From NCBI GenBank assembly GCA_964633205.1, contig CAZWFN010000001.1, positions 114,219-178,218 of the forward strand: a DNA stretch of 64,000 bases, read 5' to 3'. The position numbers and the translations under genes are program-made. Positions within the stretch are counted from its first letter, which is position 1. Each line of letters begins with the position of its first letter. Below, piece by piece: positions 9,541 to 18,880 of the stretch. The notes below the pieces were generated by a model. It worked only from the letters and a program-made list of their open reading frames with translations. It was not told where the DNA came from and ran no database searches. The stretch comes from an uncultured Myxococcales bacterium. GTDB taxonomy: Bacteria; Myxococcota; B64-G9.

Positions 9541-10299
9541 TCAGAAGCGGCGGTCGGCCAGGAAGGGCATCTCCTCGCGGATGGTGGCCACCCGGTCGAG
9601 GTCGATCTCGGCCATGACCAGGTCCTCGCCGCTGCCGGCGAAGGCCAGGCAGTCGCCCAGCGGGTCGTAGATGGCCGAGCCGCCGCGGAAAGCCAGCCCG
9701 CCGCCGCGGCCCACCCGGTTGACGCCGACCACGTAGCACTGGTTTTCCACCGCTCGGGCCGGCAGCAGCAGGTCCCAGTGGCGCTGGCGCGAATCGGGCC
9801 AGGAGGCGATGACGCAGACCAGGGCGCAATCGTCGGCCACCTGCCGGAACAGCTCCGGAAAGCGCAGGTCGTAGCAGACGAAGCAGGCGGCCCGGTGGCC
9901 GTCGAGCGCGAAGGGCTGCGGTCGATCGCCGGGCTGGTGGACCGCGTCCTCGCCCAACAGTCCGATCAGGTGGGTCTTGGCGTAGCTGGCCAGCAGCGCG
10001 CCGCGCTCGTCGACGGCCACCGCGCTGTTGCGCCCCTTGCCGCCGCCGGCCAGCACCACCCCGCCGATCAACCCCAGCCGCAGCTGCTGGGCCAGCTCGC
10101 GCAGAAAGGACATCGTCGGCCCATCCTCGGGCTCGGCGGTCAGCTCCGGCCGCAGGCTGAAGCCGGTGGCGAACATCTCGGGAAGCACCAGCCAGTCCAC
10201 CCCGTGTTCGGCCGCCGAACGCGCCGCCCGCCGCACCCGGGCGAAGTTGGCCGGCTTGTCCTCCCACACCGGCGCGTACTGCAGGCCAGCGATCTTCAT
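9541..10299 (-). CDS. carbon-nitrogen hydrolase (nitrilase superfamily, omega-amidase-like)
   Basis: The E-K-C triad context is present (LVLPEMFATGF, YAKTHL, CYDLRFPE). The ATG at 10299 overlaps the stop of the upstream aminotransferase gene (ATGA). The 5' part of the track ORF (to 11436) is an antisense artefact. Confidence 0.8.
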   Translation of the reverse strand: MKIAGLQYAPVWEDKPANFARVRRAARSAAEHGVDWLVLPEMFATGFSLRPELTAEPEDGPTMSFLRELAQQLRLGLIGGVVLAGGGKGRNSAVAVDERGALLASYAKTHLIGLLGEDAVHQPGDRPQPFALDGHRAACFVCYDLRFPELFRQVADDCALVCVIASWPDSRQRHWDLLLPARAVENQCYVVGVNRVGRGGGLAFRGGSAIYDPLGDCLAFAGSGEDLVMAEIDLDRVATIREEMPFLADRRF

Positions 10300-11477
10300 C
10301 GGTTGTAGACCTCCAGCCGGCGCACCGCCTCGCGCAGCGTCGCCTCCCGTTTGCAGAAGCAAAACCGCACCGAGCGGCGGCCGCCACGGCGGCCGGCGTA
10401 GAAGTTGGAGTTGGGAATGGCGGCCACGCCGGCCTCGGCGGGCAGCCGGCGGCAGAAGTCGACGTCGTCGGCGAAGTCCAGCCCACCCAGGTCGATGTTG
10501 GCGTAGTAAGTGCCCGCCGGCCAGAGCACGTCGAAGCCCACCCGCTCCAGCGCCGTGCACAACAGCTCGCGTCTCCGGCTGTAGTCGGCCAGCAGCTCGT
10601 TCAGATAGGCATCGCTGGACTCGATGGCCTCGGCCATGGCCTGCTGCAGCGGCCCCGGGGTGGCGAAGGTCAGAAACTGGTGCGCGGCCCGCACGCCGCG
10701 CGTCAGCGGCGGCCGGGCCACCGCCCAGCCCACCTTCCAGCCGGTCATGGAGAAGGTCTTGGCGCAGGAGGAGATGACCACCGCCCGCTCGGCCAGCGCT
10801 TCGACTTGCAGCAGGCTGACGTGCCGCCGGTCGCCGTAGACCAGGTGCTCGTAGACCTCGTCGCCGATGGCCAACACGTCGTGGCGCTGGCACAGCTCGC
10901 CGATCCACTCCAGCTCCCGGCGGCTGAACACCTTGCCGCAGGGGTTCTGCGGGTTGTTGATGACGATGGCCCGGGTGCGCGGGCCGAAGGCGGCGGCCAG
11001 CGCGTCGCCATCCAGCTCCCAGCTGCGGTCGGCCAGCGCCACCGGCACCGCCCGGGCGCCGGCCCGGGCCACCACCGCCGGGTAAAGATCGTAGGCCGGC
11101 TCGAGCAGCACCACCTCGTCGTCCGGGTTCAGCAGCCCCAGCAGCGTCGCGCTCAAGCCCTCGGTGGCGCCGGCGGTGACCGTCACTTCGCGGTCGGGGT
11201 CGACGGCCACGCCGTAGAGACGCCGCATCTTGGCCGCCACCGCCCGGCGCAACCGCGGCAGGCCCGGCGAGGGGGCGTACTGGTTGGGCCCGGCCAGCAG
11301 GGCCTCGGCCGCGGCCCGCTTGATCGCGTCCGGACCGTCGAAGTCGGGAAATCCCTGCGACAGGTTGACCGCCCCGTGGCGCTCGGCCAGCTGGCTCATC
11401 TCGGTGAAGATGGTGGTGCCGAATGACCGGATGCACTCGGCCACCGCCGCATCCGCTCGGTCCCTCGCTGCCTCCAT
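10296..11477 (-). CDS. PLP-dependent aminotransferase, class I/II (MtnE/YbdL-like methionine or glutamine transaminase)
   Basis: Aminotransferase motifs LSQGFPDF, NNPQNPCG and SCAKTFSMTGWKVGW (PLP lysine region). Start MEAARDR at 11477. The rest of the 870-aa track ORF is antisense to glpA. Confidence 0.8.
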   Translation of the reverse strand: MEAARDRADAAVAECIRSFGTTIFTEMSQLAERHGAVNLSQGFPDFDGPDAIKRAAAEALLAGPNQYAPSPGLPRLRRAVAAKMRRLYGVAVDPDREVTVTAGATEGLSATLLGLLNPDDEVVLLEPAYDLYPAVVARAGARAVPVALADRSWELDGDALAAAFGPRTRAIVINNPQNPCGKVFSRRELEWIGELCQRHDVLAIGDEVYEHLVYGDRRHVSLLQVEALAERAVVISSCAKTFSMTGWKVGWAVARPPLTRGVRAAHQFLTFATPGPLQQAMAEAIESSDAYLNELLADYSRRRELLCTALERVGFDVLWPAGTYYANIDLGGLDFADDVDFCRRLPAEAGVAAIPNSNFYAGRRGGRRSVRFCFCKREATLREAVRRLEVYNR

Positions 11478-11618
11478 GCGCACTCCTTTGCTCTCCGAAT
11501 CGACCGGGCCCAATGTAGCACGAGCCGAGCGGTGCATTCCAAGGGCCCGCGGTTGAACGCCGCGGCTGGCCGTGGCAAATTGCCCCCAGGTCGGGGGTGG
11601 CGCAGACCGAGGGCGAGG

Positions 11619-13169
11619 ATGAGGATCGAGACCCAGGTGGTGGTCATCGGCGGTGGCTTGACCGGCGCGGGCATCCTGCGCGATCTGGCGCTGCGCGGCG
11701 TGGATGCGGTGCTGCTCGAGCGCCGCGACTTCAACGCCGGCGCCTCGGGCGCCAACCACGGTCTGCTGCACTCGGGTGGCCGCTACCTGGTGACCGATCC
11801 CGACTCGGCCGCCGAGTGCGTTCGGGAAAACGCCGTGCTCAAGCGCGTCGCCGCCGGCTGCGTCGAGGACACCGGCGGTCTGTTCGTGGCGCTGGACGAG
11901 GACGACGAGTCCTACGCCGCCGATTTTCTGGCGGCTGCCGAGCGCGTCGGTCTGGCCGCCGCGCCGATTGCCACCAGCGAGGCGCTGGAGGTCGAGCCCT
12001 TGCTCAACCCGGCCATCCGGGCCGCCATCCGGGTACCGGATGCCGCCATCAACCCCTTCATGGCCACCGCCCGCAACCTGCAAGCCGCCCGGGCCCTGGG
12101 CGCCCGGGTGCTGTTGCACACCCAGGTCATCGGCATGCAGCGCGAGGGCGGGCGCATCGTGCGGGTCGATGCCATCCACAACCCCAGCGGCGATGTGGTG
12201 GAGGTGCATGCCGCTCAGGTGGTCAGCGCGGCCGGGCCCTGGGTAGACCAGGTCGGAGCGCTGGCCGGCGCCGAACTGGACATCGCCTACTCCAAGGGCA
12301 GCCTGCTGATCACCAACACCCGCCTGGTCGACCGGGTCCTCAACCGACTCCGGCCACCGGCCGACGGCGATATCGTGGTCCCGGGCGAGACCGTCACCAT
12401 CACCGGCACCACCTCGATCCGCATCCAGAACCTGGATCACCTGACCACCCCGGCCGCCGAGGTCGATCGGCTGGTGACCGAGGCCGCCAAGCTGGTGCCC
12501 CGGATGGCGGACGTCCGCTACGTGCGGGCCTACGCCGGAGTCCGCCCCCTGGTCCAGAGCGCCGGGGCTGGGGAGGATCGCGGGCTCAGCCGCACCTTTA
12601 CCATCTTCGACCACCGCTGTGACGGCCTGGACAACTTCGCCTCCATCGCCGGCGGCAAGCTGACCACCTACCGGTTGATGGCCGAGAAGCTGACCGATCT
12701 GGTCTGCGCCCGGCTGGGAGTCGGCGTTCCCTGCCGCACGGCTGCGCTGCCGCTGCCCGGCAGCGAGGCCGGCCAGCATCTCGACGCCGCCGCCCGGCTG
12801 GCGCGCCTGCGCGCGCCGCCGCCCGGCGGGGCGGTGCTGTGCGAATGCGAGATGGTCGGCCGCGACGAGGTCACCGCCATCGTCGCCGCGCTGGAAGAGG
12901 CCGGCCACGAGATCGACCCCAACGCCATCCGCCTGCGCTCGCGGCTGGGCATGGGCGCCTGCCAGGGAGGCTTCTGCTCGATGCGCGCCATCGGCTTGCT
13001 CTACGAGCTCGGTCAGATCAAGGGCGCACAGGGCAACGACATGCTGACCGATTTTCTGGAGCGGCGCTGGTCGGGCATCAAGCCGATGCTGTGGGGCGAC
13101 CAGCTGCGCCAGGAACAGTTCCTGGAAGCCATCTACTGCGGCAGCCTGAACATCGACGGGAACCTGTGA
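11619..13169 (+). CDS. glpA: anaerobic glycerol-3-phosphate dehydrogenase subunit A
   Basis: N-terminal FAD fold VVVIGGGLTGAGILRD and a C-terminal BFD-like [2Fe-2S] domain (LCECEMV...GACQGGFC). A GAGGGCGAGG RBS precedes the ATG at 11619. Confidence 0.85.
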   Translation: MRIETQVVVIGGGLTGAGILRDLALRGVDAVLLERRDFNAGASGANHGLLHSGGRYLVTDPDSAAECVRENAVLKRVAAGCVEDTGGLFVALDEDDESYAADFLAAAERVGLAAAPIATSEALEVEPLLNPAIRAAIRVPDAAINPFMATARNLQAARALGARVLLHTQVIGMQREGGRIVRVDAIHNPSGDVVEVHAAQVVSAAGPWVDQVGALAGAELDIAYSKGSLLITNTRLVDRVLNRLRPPADGDIVVPGETVTITGTTSIRIQNLDHLTTPAAEVDRLVTEAAKLVPRMADVRYVRAYAGVRPLVQSAGAGEDRGLSRTFTIFDHRCDGLDNFASIAGGKLTTYRLMAEKLTDLVCARLGVGVPCRTAALPLPGSEAGQHLDAAARLARLRAPPPGGAVLCECEMVGRDEVTAIVAALEEAGHEIDPNAIRLRSRLGMGACQGGFCSMRAIGLLYELGQIKGAQGNDMLTDFLERRWSGIKPMLWGDQLRQEQFLEAIYCGSLNIDGNL

Positions 13170-13171
13170 CC

Positions 13172-14476
13172 ATGGCGAGCGCGTGCGATGTCCTGATCAT
13201 CGGCGGCGGCCTGACCGGTGTGGCTGCCGCCCGGCGGGCCGTGGCGGCCGGCCTGAGCACCGTGATCGCGGCCGACGGCCCGGGCAGTCTGCCGTTCACC
13301 TCCGGGGCCATCGACCTGCTGGCCGTCTACCCCACCGAGACCAAGCGCAACCGCAGCCGGCCCTGGGAGGCCTTGTCGGAGCTGATCGAGCACGAGCCCG
13401 ACCACCCCTACGGCCGGGTCGGACTGGCCGGGGTGCGCCGCAGCATCAAGGAGTTCACCGGCTACCTGGAACGCAGCCCACTGGCCTACACCGAACGCGA
13501 GGCGCAGAACAGCCATTTGATCACGGCGGCCGGCACCATCAAACCCACCTACGCCGTACCCGGCAGCATGCGGGCCAACGCGGCCGCGTTCGCGCAGCGC
13601 CTGCCCACCCTGATCCTGGGTTTTTGCGATCTGGTCGACTTCTCGCCGGAGCAGGTGGTCGGCAACCTGCGCGATCGTTGGCCGGGGCTGCGCGCCGAGC
13701 GGATCGCCCTGACGGACTGTTTCGATCGCGATCGCCGCCTGACGCCGGCCGCTCTGCTGGACGTCTTCGAGCGCCCCGCCTTCCGGGCCGCGGTGGCCGA
13801 GCGGATCCGGCCGCTGCTCGGCCAAGCCCGGTTTCTGGGCTTGCCGGCGGTGCTCGGCATCGAGGGCGTAGCCGACGTGCTGGCCGATCTGCAGCAGCGC
13901 CTCGGCGTCGAGGTGTTCGAGATCCCGCTGCTGTCGCCGTCGCCGCCCGGGATCCGGCTGGCCCGGCAGCTCGAGCGCGACCTGTTGGCCGCCGGTGTGG
14001 TCTACCGGGTCGGAGCCCCGGTCGTGCGGCTCGACAGCGCCGGCCGGCGGATCACGGCGGCGGTCCAGCAAGGCCGGGGCCGGGCCGAGGAGATCCGAGC
14101 CCGGGCGGTGGTGCTGGCCAGCGGCCGCTTCTTCGGCGGCGGTCTGCTGGCCGAGCGTGACCTGGTGCGCGAGCCGCTGCTCGACCTGCCGCTGCGGGCG
14201 CCGGCCAGCCGAGACGACTGGCACATGAACACCTTCCTGGGCGCCCCGGGCCACCCGCTCAACCGCGTCGGGATCCGGGTGGATAGGCGGCTGCGCCCGC
14301 TGGGCGCCGACGGCGATGCATTGTACGAAAACCTCTACGCCGCCGGCGCCATTCTGGCCGATCACGACTGGGTGCGGGAGAAGTCCGGCGCCGGCATCTC
14401 GGTGGCCACCGGAGTCGCTGCCGTCGACTCGTTCCTGGCCGGTGCCGGCCGCAGCGACCCGGGAGCGCGGCCATGA
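13172..14476 (+). CDS. glpB: anaerobic glycerol-3-phosphate dehydrogenase subunit B
   Basis: FAD motif CDVLIIGGGLTGVAAA. Starts 3 nt after the glpA stop. Confidence 0.8.
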   Translation: MASACDVLIIGGGLTGVAAARRAVAAGLSTVIAADGPGSLPFTSGAIDLLAVYPTETKRNRSRPWEALSELIEHEPDHPYGRVGLAGVRRSIKEFTGYLERSPLAYTEREAQNSHLITAAGTIKPTYAVPGSMRANAAAFAQRLPTLILGFCDLVDFSPEQVVGNLRDRWPGLRAERIALTDCFDRDRRLTPAALLDVFERPAFRAAVAERIRPLLGQARFLGLPAVLGIEGVADVLADLQQRLGVEVFEIPLLSPSPPGIRLARQLERDLLAAGVVYRVGAPVVRLDSAGRRITAAVQQGRGRAEEIRARAVVLASGRFFGGGLLAERDLVREPLLDLPLRAPASRDDWHMNTFLGAPGHPLNRVGIRVDRRLRPLGADGDALYENLYAAGAILADHDWVREKSGAGISVATGVAAVDSFLAGAGRSDPGARP

Positions 14477-15708
14477 GCGGACGAGACCCGCGATCGCACG
14501 CGCGCCCGGCTTCCGGCCGGCGGCCGCTGCGCCATCTGCTGTTCGCCGCCGGCGCCGATCGCTGCATCGCCTGCGGCACCTGCGCGGCCGGTTGTCCGGT
14601 GGCCGACTGGGACCAAAACCGGCTGGATCCGCGGCGGATGGTGCGCCTGATCCACTACGGCCGGGCCGACCTGTTGATCGGGCAGGACTGGCTGTTCCAG
14701 TGCACCAACTGCGGCAAATGCACCTTCAACTGCCCGGCCAAGGTCGACCTGGGCCAGATCATCAGCCAGGCCCGCGGGCTGGTGGAACGCCACCGGGATC
14801 CCGGCCCGGCCCAGATCCAGAAGACCGCCGAGTTGCACCGCGACACGGACAACAACATGGGGCTGGCCGAGGAGGACTGGCTCGAGACCGCGGAGTGGAT
14901 GGCCGAAGAGCTGGCCGACGCGATCGGCGATTTCGCGCTGCCGGTCGATCGACCCGGGGCCGAGTACTTCGCCACCTTCAACTCCAAGCTGCCGATGTAC
15001 TACCCGATCGATCTGCAGGACATCTTCAAGATCTTCACCCTGGCCGGGGTCGACTGGACCCTGCCGCGGCACTGGTGGGAAGGCACCAATTACGCCATGT
15101 TCACCCACGACGAAGCCACCTGGGCCGAGACCCTGCGCCGGCAGGTGGCCGAGGCGCAGCGGCTGGGCTGCCGCAAGATGGCCTACACCGAGTGCGGTCA
15201 CGGCTACTACGCCACCCTGAGCGGGCTGCGGCGCTTCGGCATCGAGACCGATCTCGAGGTCATCCACGTGGTCTCGCTGTATGCGCAGTGGATCCGCGAG
15301 GGCCGCTTCGAACTCGACCCCGACCGCAATCCGCAGCGCATCACCATCCACGATCCCTGCAACGCCACCCGCAAGGCGGCCCTGGACGGCTTCCCCTCGA
15401 TCGCCGACGATCTACGCTTCGTGCTCGACCACGTCTGCCGGGAGGTGGTCGAGCCCACCCCCAACCGCGAGGCCAACATCTGCTGCGGCGGCGGCGGTGG
15501 CACCCTGCTGGCCGGGTTCAAGCAGGCGCGGCTGCACTACGGCCGGCCCAAGGTCGATCAGATCGACCGCACCGGCGCCGAGCTGGTCTGCACCCCGTGC
15601 GTCAACTGCCTCGACGCCATCGAAGGCCTGGCCCGGGCCTACGAGCGCCCCTGGAGGCCCATCCACCTCTGGAAGTTGCTGGCCAGGGCCATCGTGGTGC
15701 CCAGCTGA
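14473..15708 (+). CDS. glpC: anaerobic glycerol-3-phosphate dehydrogenase subunit C (Fe-S, CCG domains)
   Basis: Two ferredoxin-type clusters (CIACGTCAAGCP, CTNCGKCTFNCP) and CCG-domain cysteines (HDPCNATR, CCGGGGG). ATGA overlap with glpB. Confidence 0.8.
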   Translation: MSGRDPRSHARPASGRRPLRHLLFAAGADRCIACGTCAAGCPVADWDQNRLDPRRMVRLIHYGRADLLIGQDWLFQCTNCGKCTFNCPAKVDLGQIISQARGLVERHRDPGPAQIQKTAELHRDTDNNMGLAEEDWLETAEWMAEELADAIGDFALPVDRPGAEYFATFNSKLPMYYPIDLQDIFKIFTLAGVDWTLPRHWWEGTNYAMFTHDEATWAETLRRQVAEAQRLGCRKMAYTECGHGYYATLSGLRRFGIETDLEVIHVVSLYAQWIREGRFELDPDRNPQRITIHDPCNATRKAALDGFPSIADDLRFVLDHVCREVVEPTPNREANICCGGGGGTLLAGFKQARLHYGRPKVDQIDRTGAELVCTPCVNCLDAIEGLARAYERPWRPIHLWKLLARAIVVPS

Positions 15709-17303
15709 ACCTGGGGCCGGGGCATCCGGTAGCTGCGTTGGGTGGACTCGGGCTGCTGGCCGATTCCGTGCTCCAGCTTGTAGCGGGTAAGCTGCATCAA
15801 GACCGGAACCACCTTGGCCTGGAGCCGCTGCTTCCAGTTCATGGGGCCGGTCTCGCGCCGGTTTCTCTCCAGCAGCCCCGCCAGCCAATCCCGCACCGGG
15901 GCGTTCAGATAGGGCAGAGCACCCGGCATCAGGACCATGGACTCGTGCGCCGTCTGGCCGTACTTCGCGGCCTTGGCCCGAATCCGTTCATTCCGATGCC
16001 CCCGCAGATTGACGTGTCCGTTCAGGTAATCCTCGACCACCCGGTAGATGGAAGGCCCCAGCCGCTCGAACTCCCGCCGGTAGAGATCGCGGTGGATGGA
16101 CAACAGCTGCTCGGGTTCCATGTGCGGGTGTGTATAGGCGGGGTAGAATCCATCCTGCTTGGAGGTGTCGTCCCTGATCTCGGGCCTGAAACGACCCGCC
16201 TCGACCAGGCGCTTGAAGCCCGGGGTACCGTGGGCCGGGCCGTAGATCAAGAACTGGCTCATGGATGGGCGCAGCCGCATCAGCTCTTCGAACTCCGCCT
16301 CGATGATCTCCGGCGTCTGGTAGTCGAAGCCGATGATCATCGAGGCCAACACGCTGATGCCGTGCTGTTGCAGATCCGCAAACAGATCGCGGTAAGAGCG
16401 GCCCCGCATCTTGTCATACCCGGCCCGTTTGCCCTCGAAGCCGACCCAGATCCAATCGATCCCCATCTCGACCAGCTCGGCGGCGCTGAACTGGGACAGG
16501 GCCTTGACGCTGGAGAAGATGCTCAACGACAGCGGCGGCAGGTCGGAGCGGCGAATGGCCGCCAGGAACTCCCGGCCGCGATTCTCGTCGAGCAGGAAGT
16601 CCTCGTCGTTGATCCAGAAGTCGACCATGTCCGGATAGCGGGACCGGAGATCCTGGATGGCCTGCAGAATCGAGCCGCCATCGGGCAACAAGCGGATGTG
16701 CTCGCGCTTGTAGTAGTGGGAGGTGGCGCAGAAATCGCATCCGTTGGGACAGCCCAGGCCGGCGATGATGTAGCCGACCTGACCCAGCACGGGCATCGAG
16801 AACACCGACTGGCGTTGGGTGATGGCCGGCTGGCGCAGGGGCCGGTCGACGGGCTCACCGAGCAGCCGGCGCATGAAGGCCACCCCTTCGCCCTGGCAGA
16901 TGTGGTCGGCATAGGGAGTCAGATCCTTGTCCATGGCCGTACCGTAACCGCCCAGGATGATCTGCGTCCCGGGCGCGTGCTCACGGATGGCCTCGACCAT
17001 GGGCACCATCTTGTGGAAGGTCGCCACCACGAAAGCGATGCCGATGTAGTCGTAGCCCTTGCGGATCTCGGCGATGAACTGCTCCATGGTCGGGTAGTGC
17101 AAGGTGGTGGTGGGGATCTGCAGGTTCTCGGCGATGAAATCGATGCCCCACTGGGTGGTGGTGGCCCGGGTGCGAAAGATGCCCTGGGCCCACATGATCT
17201 GGTGGCTGCCCTCGTAGGACGCACCGAAGCCGTCACCGTGCTCTTGGCCGAAGGGTTGGCAGACGGAGGTGAGCAGGAGCTTTTGAGAATTGGTTGCAGT
17301 CAT
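15639..17303 (-). CDS. B12-binding radical SAM protein (class B radical SAM, possible methylase)
   Basis: N-terminal cobalamin-binding-like domain, then the radical SAM cluster motif CPNGCDFC. The 3' end overlaps the glpC 3' end by 70 bp. Confidence 0.8.
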   Translation of the reverse strand: MTATNSQKLLLTSVCQPFGQEHGDGFGASYEGSHQIMWAQGIFRTRATTTQWGIDFIAENLQIPTTTLHYPTMEQFIAEIRKGYDYIGIAFVVATFHKMVPMVEAIREHAPGTQIILGGYGTAMDKDLTPYADHICQGEGVAFMRRLLGEPVDRPLRQPAITQRQSVFSMPVLGQVGYIIAGLGCPNGCDFCATSHYYKREHIRLLPDGGSILQAIQDLRSRYPDMVDFWINDEDFLLDENRGREFLAAIRRSDLPPLSLSIFSSVKALSQFSAAELVEMGIDWIWVGFEGKRAGYDKMRGRSYRDLFADLQQHGISVLASMIIGFDYQTPEIIEAEFEELMRLRPSMSQFLIYGPAHGTPGFKRLVEAGRFRPEIRDDTSKQDGFYPAYTHPHMEPEQLLSIHRDLYRREFERLGPSIYRVVEDYLNGHVNLRGHRNERIRAKAAKYGQTAHESMVLMPGALPYLNAPVRDWLAGLLERNRRETGPMNWKQRLQAKVVPVLMQLTRYKLEHGIGQQPESTQRSYRMPRPQVQLGTTMALASNFQRWMGLQGRS

Positions 17304-17466
17304 CGAAGACCTTTCCGCACAGGAATGCTGGCCTGGCTGCCGTGATTCCCCCTGTGACGAGTTGAACCGACCCGTGTCATGGTTCTGTCATACGGGCCGC
17401 GTACCATAACACGAATCCGTTCTCGACAATGGAGATTCTTGCGGTTTTCTCACCGATCGGGCTGGT

Positions 17467-17660
17467 CAGATGCGATCCGCCGGGTAGCTGCCCAGGCGCT
17501 CGGCGGTGGCCTCGTCGAGCTCGTCGACCACCTGGTCGACGTTGAAGGTTCGGCCGCAAGACTTGCAGCGCAGCGCGATGCGCCGTCAGGTGGGATGCAG
17601 CACCAGCACACCGCGGCACTTGGGGCAGGTCGGCTTGCGCTTGCGTCTTTCGGCAACCAT
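17467..17660 (-). pseudogene. small zinc-ribbon ORF (CPKC...CKSC) interrupted by an in-frame TGA
   Basis: Reverse translation: MVAERRKRKPTCPKCRGVLVLHPT-TGA-RRIALRCKSCGRTFNVDQVVDELDEATAERLGSYPADRI, then a stop. Both halves are in the same frame and lie upstream of, and on the same strand as, the radical SAM gene. Confidence 0.3.
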
Positions 17661-17773
17661 GGCCGACGAGTTTATCGTCCCGCACCGGCGCATACAAGAC
17701 CGAATGGCGGTTCTTGACCGCTTGCGGGCGGCGTGCTATCGAGCTTCGCGGTGACCCAGCGCGGGAGGCTGCC

Positions 17774-18880
17774 ATGTCCGAGACCTCTGACGAACGCATC
17801 GTCCGCGGCACCACCTGGGACGAGTTCTGCGACACCTTGAAGACCGCCGGCCAGATCATCCTCGACCCGGAGGCCCCCGACGATGCGCTCACCCGGGCCG
17901 AGGGCTTTCGCTTCCTGAGCCGGGTGGCCCGCGGCGCGCTGGAGGCCTTCGTCGAGTTCGCCGATCCGCGGGCGCCGGTGCTGTTCCGGCCGGTGCACGA
18001 GACGGTCAAGATGGGCGCCGACAATCCCGACAACCACTACCAGTGGGCACGCATCTCGGGTGAGTACGAGTACCGCATCCGCGGCCACCGCGGCACCATC
18101 CCCTACCTCGGCTTCGGCACCTATGCCGGCACCTACGGGGCGCCGGATCGTTCGGCCCAGACCGGTTACCTGGAGGCCCGGGATCTCGAGATCGACGCCG
18201 ACGGCAACTTCGACATCGCCGTCAGCCGCGAGCGGCGGCCCGGCAACTGGCTGCCCATGGAACCGGACACGGCTTCTTTGATCGTGCGCCAGACCCACCT
18301 GGACCGCGTGTCCGAGCGGCGGGCGGTGCTGACCATCGAGCGGGTCGGCGGCGATCCGCGCCCCAGCCCGGTCACCGCCGAGTCGATCGACGTCGGCCTG
18401 GGCACCGCCAGCCGGCTGGTCACCGGCGCGGCCGGCATCTTCGCCGCCTGGGCCAAGGGCTTTCGCGACCACAGCAACGAGCTGCCGCCGTTCGACGACA
18501 GCACCAGCCTGGCGGCCCACGGCGATCCCAACATCAAGTACTACCACTCCTACTGGCAGCTGGCGCCGGACCAGGCCCTGGTGATCGAGACCGAGCCGCC
18601 GGAGTGCGACTACTGGAACTTCCAGCTCAACAACCACTGGATGGAGTCGCTCGACTACCGCCACTTCCGCATCGCCATCAACAAGCACGAGGCCCGGCTC
18701 GAGCCGGATGGAACGCTGCGCATCGTGGTGGCCCACGCCGACCCCGGCCACCCCAACTGGCTCGAGACCGCCGGCCACGACAAGGGCACCATGTGCTTGC
18801 GCTGGGTGCGGGCCAGCAGCCATCCCCAACCGCGCACCCGGGTGGTGGCGCTCGACGAGCTGCGGGACGCGGAGCGATGA
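17774..18880 (+). CDS. DUF1214-like hypothetical protein
   Basis: 368-aa ORF with protein-like composition. Start MSETSDERIV chosen. Its stop overlaps the sulfotransferase ATG (ATGA). Confidence 0.5.
   Translation: MSETSDERIVRGTTWDEFCDTLKTAGQIILDPEAPDDALTRAEGFRFLSRVARGALEAFVEFADPRAPVLFRPVHETVKMGADNPDNHYQWARISGEYEYRIRGHRGTIPYLGFGTYAGTYGAPDRSAQTGYLEARDLEIDADGNFDIAVSRERRPGNWLPMEPDTASLIVRQTHLDRVSERRAVLTIERVGGDPRPSPVTAESIDVGLGTASRLVTGAAGIFAAWAKGFRDHSNELPPFDDSTSLAAHGDPNIKYYHSYWQLAPDQALVIETEPPECDYWNFQLNNHWMESLDYRHFRIAINKHEARLEPDGTLRIVVAHADPGHPNWLETAGHDKGTMCLRWVRASSHPQPRTRVVALDELRDAER

Noticed and set aside
8017-10308. 763-aa plus-strand ORF spanning pepD and the C-N hydrolase
   Set aside because: Out of frame with pepD and antisense to the hydrolase. 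The translation is Arg/Gly/Asp-rich with no domain.
14316-17345. 1,009-aa plus-strand ORF covering glpC and the radical SAM gene
   Set aside because: Alternative frame/antisense. The real genes, in other frames, carry the Fe-S and CxxxCxxC motifs.
17304-17466. Possible cobalamin riboswitch in the 5' leader of the B12-radical SAM gene
   Set aside because: No match by eye to the B12-box (GCCACUG) or conserved riboswitch core. The low-GC leader is better explained by the upstream zinc-ribbon ORF.
17540-17590. SECIS element downstream of the in-frame TGA
   Set aside because: A short GCGCA/UGCGC hairpin exists, but it lacks the spacing and apical-loop features of bacterial SECIS elements, and no sel genes are visible in the window. 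Kept only as a low-probability alternative.
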